This document shows, in pieces, positions 48,496 to 58,233 of a DNA stretch of 64,000 nucleotides. Made by a program: the position numbers and the translations under genes. The notes under the pieces were generated by a model. It saw only the letters and a list, made by a program, of their open reading frames with translations, had not been told where the DNA came from and searched no databases. The stretch lies in sequence record OR455461.1. One strand, 5' to 3'. Each line of letters begins with the position of its first letter. Position 1 is the stretch's first letter.

Positions 48496-50163
48496 ATGGC
48501 AACTACTAACTTTTATAAAGTGAAAGTATTAGATGAAAAAATAATTCCATTTTTAGGTTATAAAGAATACGGTCCTAGAGAAAATGTTATTCTTTCTGGT
48601 AGTGATTTAGCTAGTTTAAAACAAGCTGGTTGGACTATTACTGATGTTACACCTTTACCGGAAACTGGAAAAATTAAATATGATAGACGTACTATTTATT
48701 TCAAAACTGAAGGAGAACAAGGTAAATTTATTAATGTTCCTTTCTATGTAAATCCTGTTGATGCTCGTGATGTATTTGGTTTACTTAAACTTGATTTAAT
48801 CAAATTATCTGATGAAACAGTTGTAAGTACACATAATGTTAAAGATATTAAAAATGAAATATTAAGTATACCTACTTCTGATCTTGAAATTGGTGAAGAA
48901 TATAAATTAAGATTATACTTCCCTAAAGATGCAGATGAAGATTATGATATAGCTATTTCTGAAGGTCATAAAGATCTTTTTGAAAGAGTTCATGATGAAG
49001 TAACTATTAAAGTAAAAGAATATGGTAAAATTACAGGTCGTCTTGTTCAATTACAACAAGATATTAATGTATATAAAGAATCTGTATTACCTTTAGAGAA
49101 AATTGTAGGATATAAAGACTTTGATTCTAAAGAGGTAACTCCTATAAGTAAAGAGAATTTATTACAATTATTATCAGTTGAAGTTAGTGATACTAGCTTT
49201 GCTAAATTTGAACGTAATAAAAATCGCTTATTCTTCTATAGTAAAGAAGGAAAAATAGTTGTTAAAGTTATTGAAAAGAATATTCAAGACAATATCATTA
49301 ACTTTAACGTACGTATTTTAAGTGAAGAAACAGCACAAAAAGAAATTGATAAAAAACTTGAATATTCTGTTTATAATCCTGAAGATGGAAAATTTGAAAG
49401 CATTAATCAAACTAAAAGTATAACTGTTACTCCAGAGACAGTTAATATTGAAGCTGAAGGAACTCAAAAATTAGAAGTTACTACTGAACCAGAAGGAAGA
49501 AAAGTGAGCTTTGAGTTAAAAGACGGTTCTGAATTTGCTTCATTAGATAATAAAGGAAATATTACTGGTATTTCTGAAGGAACTGCAACTGTTACAGTTA
49601 AATCAGATAATGTTTCTAAAGATGTAAAGGTTAATGTAAGCCGTTTAAAGACTAAGAGTCTAACTGTTACTCCAGAAGAAATTAACATAGATGCAGAATC
49701 AACTCAACAGTTAGACGTTAAAATTCAACCAACTACAAACTCTGTAAGTTATTCTATTACTGAAGGATCTGAATTTGCTTCAGTTAATAACAGTGGTCTT
49801 GTAACTGCTAAAGCTGTAGGAACTGCTAAAGTTAAAGTAAGTTCTGATTCCATTAGTAAGACAGTTAATGTTAATGTAACTAGAGTAAAAACTAAAACTC
49901 TAAATGTTACTCCTAATAGTGTTGATATTAAAGATAATGAAACACAACAATTAACGGTAACTACGGATCCTAAAGGAAACCCTGTAAGCTATTCTATCTC
50001 TGAAGGATCTGAATTTGCTTCAGTTAATAATAGTGGTCTTGTAACCGCTATATCTGAAGGAACTGCTAAAGTTAAGGTTGTTTCTGATAGTGTAAGTAAA
50101 GATGTTAGTATTAACATATCTACTTCACAAGTAGAAGAATCTCCTGAAGAACCTTTAGAATAA
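48496..50163 (+). CDS. Virion decoration protein with three Ig-like (Big_2) domains
   Basis: Three repeats of LTVTPE....QQL.V......VSYSI.EGSEFASV...GLVTA...GTAKVKV. Confidence 0.8.
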   Translation: MATTNFYKVKVLDEKIIPFLGYKEYGPRENVILSGSDLASLKQAGWTITDVTPLPETGKIKYDRRTIYFKTEGEQGKFINVPFYVNPVDARDVFGLLKLDLIKLSDETVVSTHNVKDIKNEILSIPTSDLEIGEEYKLRLYFPKDADEDYDIAISEGHKDLFERVHDEVTIKVKEYGKITGRLVQLQQDINVYKESVLPLEKIVGYKDFDSKEVTPISKENLLQLLSVEVSDTSFAKFERNKNRLFFYSKEGKIVVKVIEKNIQDNIINFNVRILSEETAQKEIDKKLEYSVYNPEDGKFESINQTKSITVTPETVNIEAEGTQKLEVTTEPEGRKVSFELKDGSEFASLDNKGNITGISEGTATVTVKSDNVSKDVKVNVSRLKTKSLTVTPEEINIDAESTQQLDVKIQPTTNSVSYSITEGSEFASVNNSGLVTAKAVGTAKVKVSSDSISKTVNVNVTRVKTKTLNVTPNSVDIKDNETQQLTVTTDPKGNPVSYSISEGSEFASVNNSGLVTAISEGTAKVKVVSDSVSKDVSINISTSQVEESPEEPLE

Positions 50164-50180
50164 AAAAAAAATAATAAAAT

Positions 50181-50212
50181 TCCCCAATACCTAAATTAAT
50201 AGGTATTGGGGA
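50181..50212. terminator. Bidirectional terminator hairpin (dispersed family)
   Basis: TCCCCAATACCTA-AATTAA-TAGGTATTGGGGA between convergent genes. Confidence 0.85.
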
Positions 50213-50220
50213 TTATATTT

Positions 50221-51069
50221 TTAACCTCTAATAATATCATCATCAGAAAGTTCTATTTTAGAACTTGCATCCATTTTATTTATTTCATCTGTATCTATTG
50301 TTTCTTTAATGAATTCTATTTTTAAATTCATTCCTAAAGAATTGATAACTGTTTCCATAGTCTTCCAAGTTAATTTTCCTTGTTTGATCATTTTATCTAA
50401 AGATGATTTTAGTTTACTTACTACATTAACTTCATCTGAATTCTTTTCTATCTCACCAAATAACATTTCAAATGTATAACCTTCATTACCTAATATTTCT
50501 AAGAAATCCACAAATTCTAGTATATATTCTTCATATAAAACATCTGGCATTAATTTAAATCCTAGTTTACCTGAAAATTTAGATGTCTTAGTTTTTCTTT
50601 TAGGATTATATAAAGTTAATTCATCTTTATCTTTAAATTCCTCTGAAACTAATGAAGCTTTATATCCAATTACTTCACAAATACTAATTAATGAATGTAT
50701 AGTAAATACTTTACTACTCTTCAATCTATACATAGTGTTTTTAAATGAATCGATTTCACCTTCACCATATACTTTAGCATATCTTTCAAAATATTCTTCG
50801 AAAGTCATTCCTTCTTTATCGCCTACAATATTTTCCATAAATTGAATTACCTTTTTACCTAAATAAGGTAATTTATCATATTCTTCTTTAGTAACAATTC
50901 CTTGTATACTACCATGATATTTTGAAGAATTTGATTGTTCTTCTTGATCTTCCATTTCATCATTTAATTCAGTATATCTGACATCTTTAAATACCGATTT
51001 AACATCAACTTCGTCTACATTAGATATAATTCTTTCTAATTCGTCTGAAACATCTCTATTGTTTTTCAT
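50221..51069 (-). CDS. Hypothetical protein with two HTH-like repeats
   Basis: Internal duplication ending in TIHSLISICEVIGYK and TWKTMETVINSLGMN, reminiscent of XRE-type HTH tails. Confidence 0.45.
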   Translation of the reverse strand: MKNNRDVSDELERIISNVDEVDVKSVFKDVRYTELNDEMEDQEEQSNSSKYHGSIQGIVTKEEYDKLPYLGKKVIQFMENIVGDKEGMTFEEYFERYAKVYGEGEIDSFKNTMYRLKSSKVFTIHSLISICEVIGYKASLVSEEFKDKDELTLYNPKRKTKTSKFSGKLGFKLMPDVLYEEYILEFVDFLEILGNEGYTFEMLFGEIEKNSDEVNVVSKLKSSLDKMIKQGKLTWKTMETVINSLGMNLKIEFIKETIDTDEINKMDASSKIELSDDDIIRG

Positions 51070-51149
51070 TTACATAATCTCCTTACAGTATATAAAAAAT
51101 AAATATAATATTGGTATAATGTGAAATTAATCACATTATACCGTATTTA

Positions 51150-52355
51150 TTAAATTCCTAAATCATCATCTTTATCTAATTCTTTACTTTTACTTGTAAA
51201 TTTATCTAATAACGATTTTGATCTACCTTGGTCTTCTTCATTTTCTTCATTTACATTATTCGATAAGTCTTCCATAGATCCAGATTCTTTATTAACCTCT
51301 GCATCTTTAAACATTGTAGATTTATCAATTTGTCTATCTTCTTGTTGATTTTTAACTTCTGTTTTATCAGCAAAAGGTAAATCGTCATCAGTAATGTTAT
51401 TCGCTGCACCAAAAGGATTTTCTGGAGTACTTTGTTGTTGATTTTGAGGTGTATTATTTACATTGCCGAAAGGATTTGGATTTGATTGTTGCTGTTGTTG
51501 AGGTTGATTAAAATTACCAAATTGATTATTTGATTGTTGAGGAGCATTATTCTGTTGTTGATTAAATCCTCCATTATTATTACCAAAATTTCCAAAACCA
51601 TTATTTTGTTGATTAAATCCACCTGAGTTATTTTGTTGTCTTGGAGCGTTATTATATGAAGCTTTCTCATCCATATGGTGATTAGACATATCAGTTGGTA
51701 AACCTTGAGCTCTTAGTAATCCTTTAAGTAATTGATTATTCTCAATTTCTTTAGCTTGCATTTCAGCTTGTACACATTGATTTCTAAATGTTAAAGGATC
51801 ATTAGTAATTCTAACTAATAAATTAACTAAATTAATAAAAGCATTTGCTGAAATGAAATCATATTTATTATTATCATTTACAATAATAGCAAAACCGATT
51901 TCAGTTGAATTAGTACGTTTATTAACAATTGTAGTTGGAGCGAAAGCAATACCTTTACCTGAAACTAAGCTAGGTGATTGCCAAATATGATTTTGATACT
52001 CAGCAGTTACTTGATTATTTTGGAAAATACTATTAAAGTTTTCACCAATACTCTTGTAAGTAGCTTTTAAGAAATTATTAAATTCTTGTAAGTGTGGATA
52101 ACTAATTAATACATCCTCTGAAATAGGTGCTTGACCTTGTTGGAATTTACTGTAAGAGAATGAAATATAATGGTTGCCGTTATTTTCAATTTCACTTAAA
52201 AATGGAATATTGTTATACTGACTTGATTTATAAGTATTGATATATTCACCATTAATAGCATTACCAGTGTTTTTATTCTTTCTAGCAAATAGTGTGTAAA
52301 TTGAAACTGAAACATTTTGTCCTCGGTATAGATGGTCTTTGAAATTTGTTAACAT
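51150..52355 (-). CDS. Single-stranded DNA-binding protein-like
   Basis: Folded N-terminal half, long N/Q/G-rich linker, NPFG..ITDDDLPF motif, acidic C-terminus; early promoter upstream. Confidence 0.6.
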   Translation of the reverse strand: MLTNFKDHLYRGQNVSVSIYTLFARKNKNTGNAINGEYINTYKSSQYNNIPFLSEIENNGNHYISFSYSKFQQGQAPISEDVLISYPHLQEFNNFLKATYKSIGENFNSIFQNNQVTAEYQNHIWQSPSLVSGKGIAFAPTTIVNKRTNSTEIGFAIIVNDNNKYDFISANAFINLVNLLVRITNDPLTFRNQCVQAEMQAKEIENNQLLKGLLRAQGLPTDMSNHHMDEKASYNNAPRQQNNSGGFNQQNNGFGNFGNNNGGFNQQQNNAPQQSNNQFGNFNQPQQQQQSNPNPFGNVNNTPQNQQQSTPENPFGAANNITDDDLPFADKTEVKNQQEDRQIDKSTMFKDAEVNKESGSMEDLSNNVNEENEEDQGRSKSLLDKFTSKSKELDKDDDLGI

Positions 52356-52420
52356 AATAAAATCTCTCCTAATAAAATAATTTTTGTATTACTACTTTTA
52401 TATAATATATATTTAAAATT

Positions 52421-53029
52421 TTAGTCTAAAATTTTTGCTTTCTTAATGAATGACAATAATAATGATGCAATTGATAATGATGAATCAGTCATAGATTCAT
52501 TTGTTCCCATTAATTCTTCTGCATAAGAATAATCGCCATCTTTAATACTAGACATTCTTACTACTGATTTCACATCAATAGGTTGGAAATCAATGTATGA
52601 AGGAAATTCATAAGTGTTATCTGAAGATCCACCGTATACCAATTCAATTAATTGACTCCATAAAGTTATTTCATCTATCCAGAAAACTAATTTATCTGCA
52701 TATTCAGAAAGTCCTTCAAAATAATCTCTAATACGTTGAACTTGAATAACCGTATCATCTTTAACTAATCTCAAGTTATAATCATCTAATGTTTTATCAA
52801 TCTTAGTATAGCTAGACAATTGACCTTTTTCATATGCATCTTTAAGCATTTCATTCTTAAATACTTCATTTAGATCTATATCTGAGAACTCTAAATACAA
52901 GTCTTTAAATTTAGGACTATCTACCATGAATGTCATATTGATAAATTCAGTATTAGTTTTAGGTGAAGTAGTTACCGCTGAAACTATTACATTTAACGCT
53001 GGCAATTTTTCTTCAATATATTCTATCAA
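52421..53029 (-). CDS. Hypothetical protein (possibly a degenerate DEDD 3'-5' exonuclease fold)
   Basis: Overall pattern only; catalytic acidic residues not evident. Confidence 0.4.
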   Translation of the reverse strand: MIEYIEEKLPALNVIVSAVTTSPKTNTEFINMTFMVDSPKFKDLYLEFSDIDLNEVFKNEMLKDAYEKGQLSSYTKIDKTLDDYNLRLVKDDTVIQVQRIRDYFEGLSEYADKLVFWIDEITLWSQLIELVYGGSSDNTYEFPSYIDFQPIDVKSVVRMSSIKDGDYSYAEELMGTNESMTDSSLSIASLLLSFIKKAKILD

Positions 53030-53031
53030 TC

Positions 53032-53745
53032 TTATAACCTACCTTCATATTTAATGTAAAATTCAAAACCATATTCATTTTTAAAATACTGTAAGAAATC
53101 ATTTATCTTATTCATAATGAAATCTTTATTAGCAAATCTGAAGTCATATTTACTAATTGTATCTTTTTCTTTTTGAAGAGAGTTTAATTCTTTATTATTC
53201 TTATCCAATAACTCTTCATTACTAGATATTCTCTCTTTTAATTCATTTACTTCTTTTTTAAGTTTAAATGAATTATTCATACCTACTAGATTTAATAATG
53301 CATTAGATAAAGAACCTAGTTTAATTTTTTCATCTAGTTCATTATTTTTATCTTCTAATTCTCTATTATATTTTTTATTATTTCTATTCATAGTTGCAAT
53401 AGCATTTTTTCTGGTATCTATTTTATTTTCTAATATATTTATTTGATTATTAATTGATTCTTTTAAAAAATCAATATTCTCTTCTAAGCTATATAAGAAT
53501 ATAATACCTTCATAAATATCAAATTCAATAAATTTGTTCAAGATTAAAAGAGATATATTATTTTTATTCTCAACTATATCAAAATTAGATTTAATATTTT
53601 TAATAATAGATGATTTAAAACTAGTGTGGTTAATTTTAAATATCTCATCTGACAAAAAGTTATTAATATCTTTTCTTACATTTATAAATAATTCGTTGAG
53701 GTATTGATAATTATCAATTGCCTCTTTACGAGATATATGTGACAC
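53032..53745 (-). CDS. Coiled-coil hypothetical protein
   Basis: 237 aa with heptad-rich middle. Confidence 0.6.
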   Translation of the reverse strand: MSHISRKEAIDNYQYLNELFINVRKDINNFLSDEIFKINHTSFKSSIIKNIKSNFDIVENKNNISLLILNKFIEFDIYEGIIFLYSLEENIDFLKESINNQINILENKIDTRKNAIATMNRNNKKYNRELEDKNNELDEKIKLGSLSNALLNLVGMNNSFKLKKEVNELKERISSNEELLDKNNKELNSLQKEKDTISKYDFRFANKDFIMNKINDFLQYFKNEYGFEFYIKYEGRL

Positions 53746-53765
53746 AATACCTCAACTACCTTTCC

Positions 53766-55322
53766 TTATTTTAACTTAAAATCAGTAACGTTTAAAGCCT
53801 TTTTCTTAAATACATTTTTTAATCTATTATTAGCTTGTGTTACTAGTTTTTTAAATCCATGATCGACAAAATCAAAATACATCAATTTTTCATTTTCAAT
53901 ATAGCGTAATCTTCCCATTATCTGTATAACTTTACTTTCAGATGATAATGGAACTGTATTAATGACAGCTTTGAGACCAGGTATATCTATACCTGTTCCT
54001 AAAGATAAATCTGTAGTAATTATTAGATTAGATTCTAATACTTTAGATTTTTCTTCTTTATCAATTCCATCATAGTAGCGAATACAGTTTAGAAATTCTA
54101 ATCCTTCTTTACCTAATTTTTCTTCTAAATAGTAATAAAACTCATCTATCATATTTTTCAATTTAAACATAACGACAGTTTTTCTTATTTCTTTTTTCAT
54201 AATAACTTCATTAATGATATTAAATATCATATCAAAATATTCATCTTTTCTCTTATCTTTATCTATAAGATATTTACTGTAATGATTTATATTAAGACCA
54301 TTTCTTCTTGATGCTGAAACAAAATCAGCTAGTTCTGTTTCACTAGGTTCACTATTGTAGCGTATAATGAACACATCATGATATTTAGATGGTATCTTTC
54401 TATTAGAAGCTATTTGTCTATCATAATTATCTGATCTAAACATTGGTACGTTAAGGAATATATTACTGAATACCATATTCTCTGATTTATCAGATCTTTC
54501 AGGAGTTGCAGAAAGATATATAGATGGTAAATCTGTTTGTATATCTATATTTGTTAAACTTCTAAAGTCTAAATGTGCTTCATCAAATATTTTAATAGAT
54601 ACTTTAGTTTTAAATATTAGTTCTTGTAATTTTTCAATGTCGTCTTCTATAAATGAATTTAATGTCTTATACATAACTATATAGAAATCTATTTTACTAC
54701 GTTCATCAGACTTCATTTTAAATAATTTATTAATACTTGATTTACCTTGAATAATATATATTCTTTCGTCATCAATATTGGTATATTCTTTAATTTTATC
54801 AAACCATTGTTCTTTAAGTTTGTTATTATTAACAAATATCATAGGAACTAGCTGACGATCAATAACACTTTTTAAAGCACAAAAAGTTTTACCTTCACCA
54901 GTTTTAAGTGATAAAAATTTCTGGGTTGAAGCTTCATATATACTAAAAGCGTTTAAGAATTCAATAGATTTCTTTTGTAATAAATCTCTTGGTTTAAAAT
55001 TCATTTCCACATCATAATTCTTTTTAGGTTTAAAATATAAATTGTCTACTTTTCTAAAATCTTGAAAATCTACTTCTCCATGATTTTGTAATGACTGAAT
55101 TAATATCTTCATATTTATTCCAGCAGGAAATGATATAGTTTTCTCTTCCTCATTATATATGAAAGCTTTATAAGTATATTTAAAGTATATTTTATCCCAT
55201 ACAGATAGATACTTCTCTATTGCTGAGCAATATCCTAGTTCATAATTTTCAACAAGAATTCGTGTCGGATAAACCGACACTTTTATTTTTCTTGTCTTAT
55301 TTAAAACTACCATAAATTTCAA
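53766..55322 (-). CDS. Superfamily 2 helicase (UvsW-like)
   Basis: KTGEGKT, IFDEAH, LSATP, GTGIDIPGL, QIMGRLR motifs. Confidence 0.9.
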   Translation of the reverse strand: MKFMVVLNKTRKIKVSVYPTRILVENYELGYCSAIEKYLSVWDKIYFKYTYKAFIYNEEEKTISFPAGINMKILIQSLQNHGEVDFQDFRKVDNLYFKPKKNYDVEMNFKPRDLLQKKSIEFLNAFSIYEASTQKFLSLKTGEGKTFCALKSVIDRQLVPMIFVNNNKLKEQWFDKIKEYTNIDDERIYIIQGKSSINKLFKMKSDERSKIDFYIVMYKTLNSFIEDDIEKLQELIFKTKVSIKIFDEAHLDFRSLTNIDIQTDLPSIYLSATPERSDKSENMVFSNIFLNVPMFRSDNYDRQIASNRKIPSKYHDVFIIRYNSEPSETELADFVSASRRNGLNINHYSKYLIDKDKRKDEYFDMIFNIINEVIMKKEIRKTVVMFKLKNMIDEFYYYLEEKLGKEGLEFLNCIRYYDGIDKEEKSKVLESNLIITTDLSLGTGIDIPGLKAVINTVPLSSESKVIQIMGRLRYIENEKLMYFDFVDHGFKKLVTQANNRLKNVFKKKALNVTDFKLK

Positions 55323-55330
55323 CTACTTTC

Positions 55331-55789
55331 TTATTTATTAATTTCAATTGTAGAAGAAAATACATTATTAATTGTTTCAAAGATATCAGGTCCATCAGCT
55401 TTAAACATCCCTGAAAGATCAAATGTGGCATTTTCATCTTCTAAATTAACATATACAGGCATAGGACCAAATAAAATATCAGAAACCATATAGAATAAAC
55501 CTTCTTTGAATTGATTATTTTCTTCAGCTTTAATTAAAGTAATCTGTTGATCTTCTTCTTTATCTACAATAATATTTAATTTATAAATATCTTTAGAAGT
55601 AATACCATCTTTTGAATATTTTAAATAATCTTCAACATTTTCATTAATTAATTTAGTAATAGCAAAAGTACCTTTTTCTGAATTGAAAAAAGCATCTTTA
55701 ATCTCTTTTAAATATTTATCCTCTGTATTTAATTCAATTGTAACTTCTTTAGGGTATTCTAATTCTTTTAATTTAGTAACTTTCATCAT
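55331..55789 (-). CDS. Hypothetical protein
   Basis: 152-aa ORF in an operon. Confidence 0.65.
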   Translation of the reverse strand: MMKVTKLKELEYPKEVTIELNTEDKYLKEIKDAFFNSEKGTFAITKLINENVEDYLKYSKDGITSKDIYKLNIIVDKEEDQQITLIKAEENNQFKEGLFYMVSDILFGPMPVYVNLEDENATFDLSGMFKADGPDIFETINNVFSSTIEINK

Positions 55790-55858
55790 ATTGAAAATTC
55801 TCCATTCTATATAATTTTAAAATTTTATATCTATCAGTTATTATGAATTTTTAATTTT

Positions 55859-56134
55859 TTACGAATTAATTTCTTTAATTATCTTTTTATTTAAATCTTC
55901 AAAATCATAAATAGCTTCAATAGAAAAACTATGTGAAGACACAGGTATATCATCTTTAGTTAATAAGAATGAAAGTACATATTTATCATCAATATCAGCA
56001 TCAGAAATTAAATATATATTTCGCTCACCATCGTCATTAATATTATCAAATACCACATTACAATTTTTAAATATCGCCTTCAATAATTTATCTTTATCAT
56101 AATGAAATTTCTCTAATAAGTTATCATTAGTCAT
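55859..56134 (-). CDS. Hypothetical protein
   Basis: 91-aa ORF, SD AAGGAGG, early-type motif upstream. Confidence 0.65.
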   Translation of the reverse strand: MTNDNLLEKFHYDKDKLLKAIFKNCNVVFDNINDDGERNIYLISDADIDDKYVLSFLLTKDDIPVSSHSFSIEAIYDFEDLNKKIIKEINS

Positions 56135-56210
56135 ATTTAAATTCCTCCTTAGTAATTTTTATATAATATACCAAACTCTAAAGTTAATTAGAGTTTGGTT
56201 AAATCAATTG

Positions 56211-58127
56211 TTAAATATCAAAATCAAATAATGGATCGAACATAGATTCATTATCTTTACTGAAAAATCCATTAGTTTCATCTGTAGTAAGCTGAGCACG
56301 AACATTTTCAAATATCAGTGAATGTACTGGTGAAGGTGAATTTAATATAGAGTTACCTACATTACGTAAAGTAATTTTAGGATTAAATTCAGGATCTTTA
56401 TATTTCACTCTATCTTCATATATCGTATCATTCAAGAATACCATATTACGAATAATAGTCTCTACATGTACTGACATAACATCTGTACCTGACTTTAATA
56501 ATAGATCCATTACATCATTAAACATTCTTTGATAATCTTTTTCTTCATAATCATTCTTAATAAAATTACTTCTTTCTAATATAGAACGAATTTTTAGAAG
56601 TGGATCGGCTACACCTTCATTTTTAATTTTAATATTAAATAAGAAATTCTCTCCTAAATCTTTCATATTAAATACATAAGCATTTTCATCTTCATTGTAG
56701 AATTTTTCAATTGAATCAAATTTCTGATCTGGTATTCTAAGAATAACAGGTGATTTAACTTCATGTACCTTAGTACCTATTTTAAATTTAAATGATTTAG
56801 CTTTATATTTTCCATAATCAATATCTTCATTAATAATCATATCATCTATAATAACTTTAGTTTTCTCATCACGAGGAATAATATTATCTCCAGAGAATTC
56901 AAAGTGTTCATTAAATATATCTGGCCATGAAAATTCAGAAAGTTGAACAGCTTGAAGATGTTTTGTTGAAAGTAATTTCTGTGTCATAGGTTCTGTTAAC
57001 TGTAATGTAGCTATGATACCTACTGCTAAATTTCTATTAATATCATATAGTCTTCTTCCATAACACACTTGACATATTTTACCATTCGGTTCAGCACATG
57101 TTATAGGAGATCTTAATGGTACAATTTGACCTATTAAATGAACATCATTTCTACTATCAATTAATTTAAATTCTTGATCATTATCATCATAATAGTATCT
57201 ATCATTAATACGATCTAATTTTTCCTTACTATCTACATTGAAGTAAAGTAAATGCTTACTACCACAATCATGATTATCTGATAATTTTAAATCTGAAGTT
57301 AATAATGTAATCTTACGATTTAAATAACCTGATTCTCTAACTTTATTCTTAGAGTTCATTAAAGCATTTAAAGAAGATTCTGCATCAATAGCAAATTGAG
57401 TTGTATTCTTTAATCCACGCATAAATGAAGTATCAATAATATCAGTAACAACATCTCCACGAATATCAGGTTTAAATCCTACAAAACTTAATACCTCATT
57501 CAATTGTATTTTATTTATACCTGTTCCAGATTCTAAGAAAGTTTTATAATCATTTTCTTTATCCATCTTAATATGTTTAATAAGATTATCCATATTAGGT
57601 TTTTGAACTTCATTAATAATTTGTTGATACGTTAAATTAGGATCAATATCTTCATTATCAAAGTTAATTAATCTTTCAATTTCTTTATCTTCATTAGCTA
57701 ATCTCATAATATCATATAAAGATATAGAAGGTCCATCTACAGGAAGTATATATTCATTTGAGAATATAGTAAGTTCATCAATGATATAAGCTATTGATTG
57801 ACTGATTTTAATAGGGTCATGTCCTTCTTTAATAAAGTTCACTACAATTTTATCAAAATAATCATAGTAATCATTAATATTAGTTGGATTAACTAAATAC
57901 TCTTCTGTAAATTCCTTATTCATTTCTCTAAAAGGTTTTCCTAAAATTAATAATGTTAAATAATTACTTTTAGAAATATTATCTTCAAAGTAGTCACTCA
58001 TTCTGTCTTTAGGGTTATTAATAATATCCTGCTTTAATTCTTCTATTATTTTATAATAATTATCCGAATGTAAATAGTTATTATATTTACCCAATTTTAA
58101 ATCTAAAACTAACTTTTCTTCACTCAT
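56211..58127 (-). CDS. rpoC: Multisubunit RNAP beta' C-terminal subunit, probably non-virion RNAP
   Basis: Bridge helix KVRESGYLNRKI, RSPITC..ICQVCYG zinc site, trigger loop LTEPMTQKLLSTKH; intronless; early promoter upstream. Confidence 0.88.
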   Translation of the reverse strand: MSEEKLVLDLKLGKYNNYLHSDNYYKIIEELKQDIINNPKDRMSDYFEDNISKSNYLTLLILGKPFREMNKEFTEEYLVNPTNINDYYDYFDKIVVNFIKEGHDPIKISQSIAYIIDELTIFSNEYILPVDGPSISLYDIMRLANEDKEIERLINFDNEDIDPNLTYQQIINEVQKPNMDNLIKHIKMDKENDYKTFLESGTGINKIQLNEVLSFVGFKPDIRGDVVTDIIDTSFMRGLKNTTQFAIDAESSLNALMNSKNKVRESGYLNRKITLLTSDLKLSDNHDCGSKHLLYFNVDSKEKLDRINDRYYYDDNDQEFKLIDSRNDVHLIGQIVPLRSPITCAEPNGKICQVCYGRRLYDINRNLAVGIIATLQLTEPMTQKLLSTKHLQAVQLSEFSWPDIFNEHFEFSGDNIIPRDEKTKVIIDDMIINEDIDYGKYKAKSFKFKIGTKVHEVKSPVILRIPDQKFDSIEKFYNEDENAYVFNMKDLGENFLFNIKIKNEGVADPLLKIRSILERSNFIKNDYEEKDYQRMFNDVMDLLLKSGTDVMSVHVETIIRNMVFLNDTIYEDRVKYKDPEFNPKITLRNVGNSILNSPSPVHSLIFENVRAQLTTDETNGFFSKDNESMFDPLFDFDI

Positions 58128-58174
58128 ATCCTAATCTCTCCTTAATTATAAATAAATCAAATATTGTTACATAT

Positions 58175-58185
58175 TTATAATATAT
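58175..58185 (-). promoter_or_regulatory. Early-type promoter motif ATATATTATAA
   Basis: The same or a near-identical motif precedes 6254 (+), 9207, 25779, 28965, 30034, 31366, 52355, 56134 and 58127 (-); resembles the phiKZ early consensus TATATTAC. Confidence 0.65.
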
Positions 58186-58224
58186 AATTGAATAATGGTT
58201 TGTAATAAACCATTATTCAATTAT
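58184..58224 (-). terminator. Long perfect hairpin after the portal gene
   Basis: ATAATTGAATAATGGTTT/AAACCATTATTCAATTAT, 18-bp stem. Confidence 0.7.
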
Positions 58225-58233
58225 TTTTATATC

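Noticed and set aside
52421-53029. Active DEDD exonuclease
   Set aside because: The expected acidic catalytic residues are not visible; any fold similarity is unverified.
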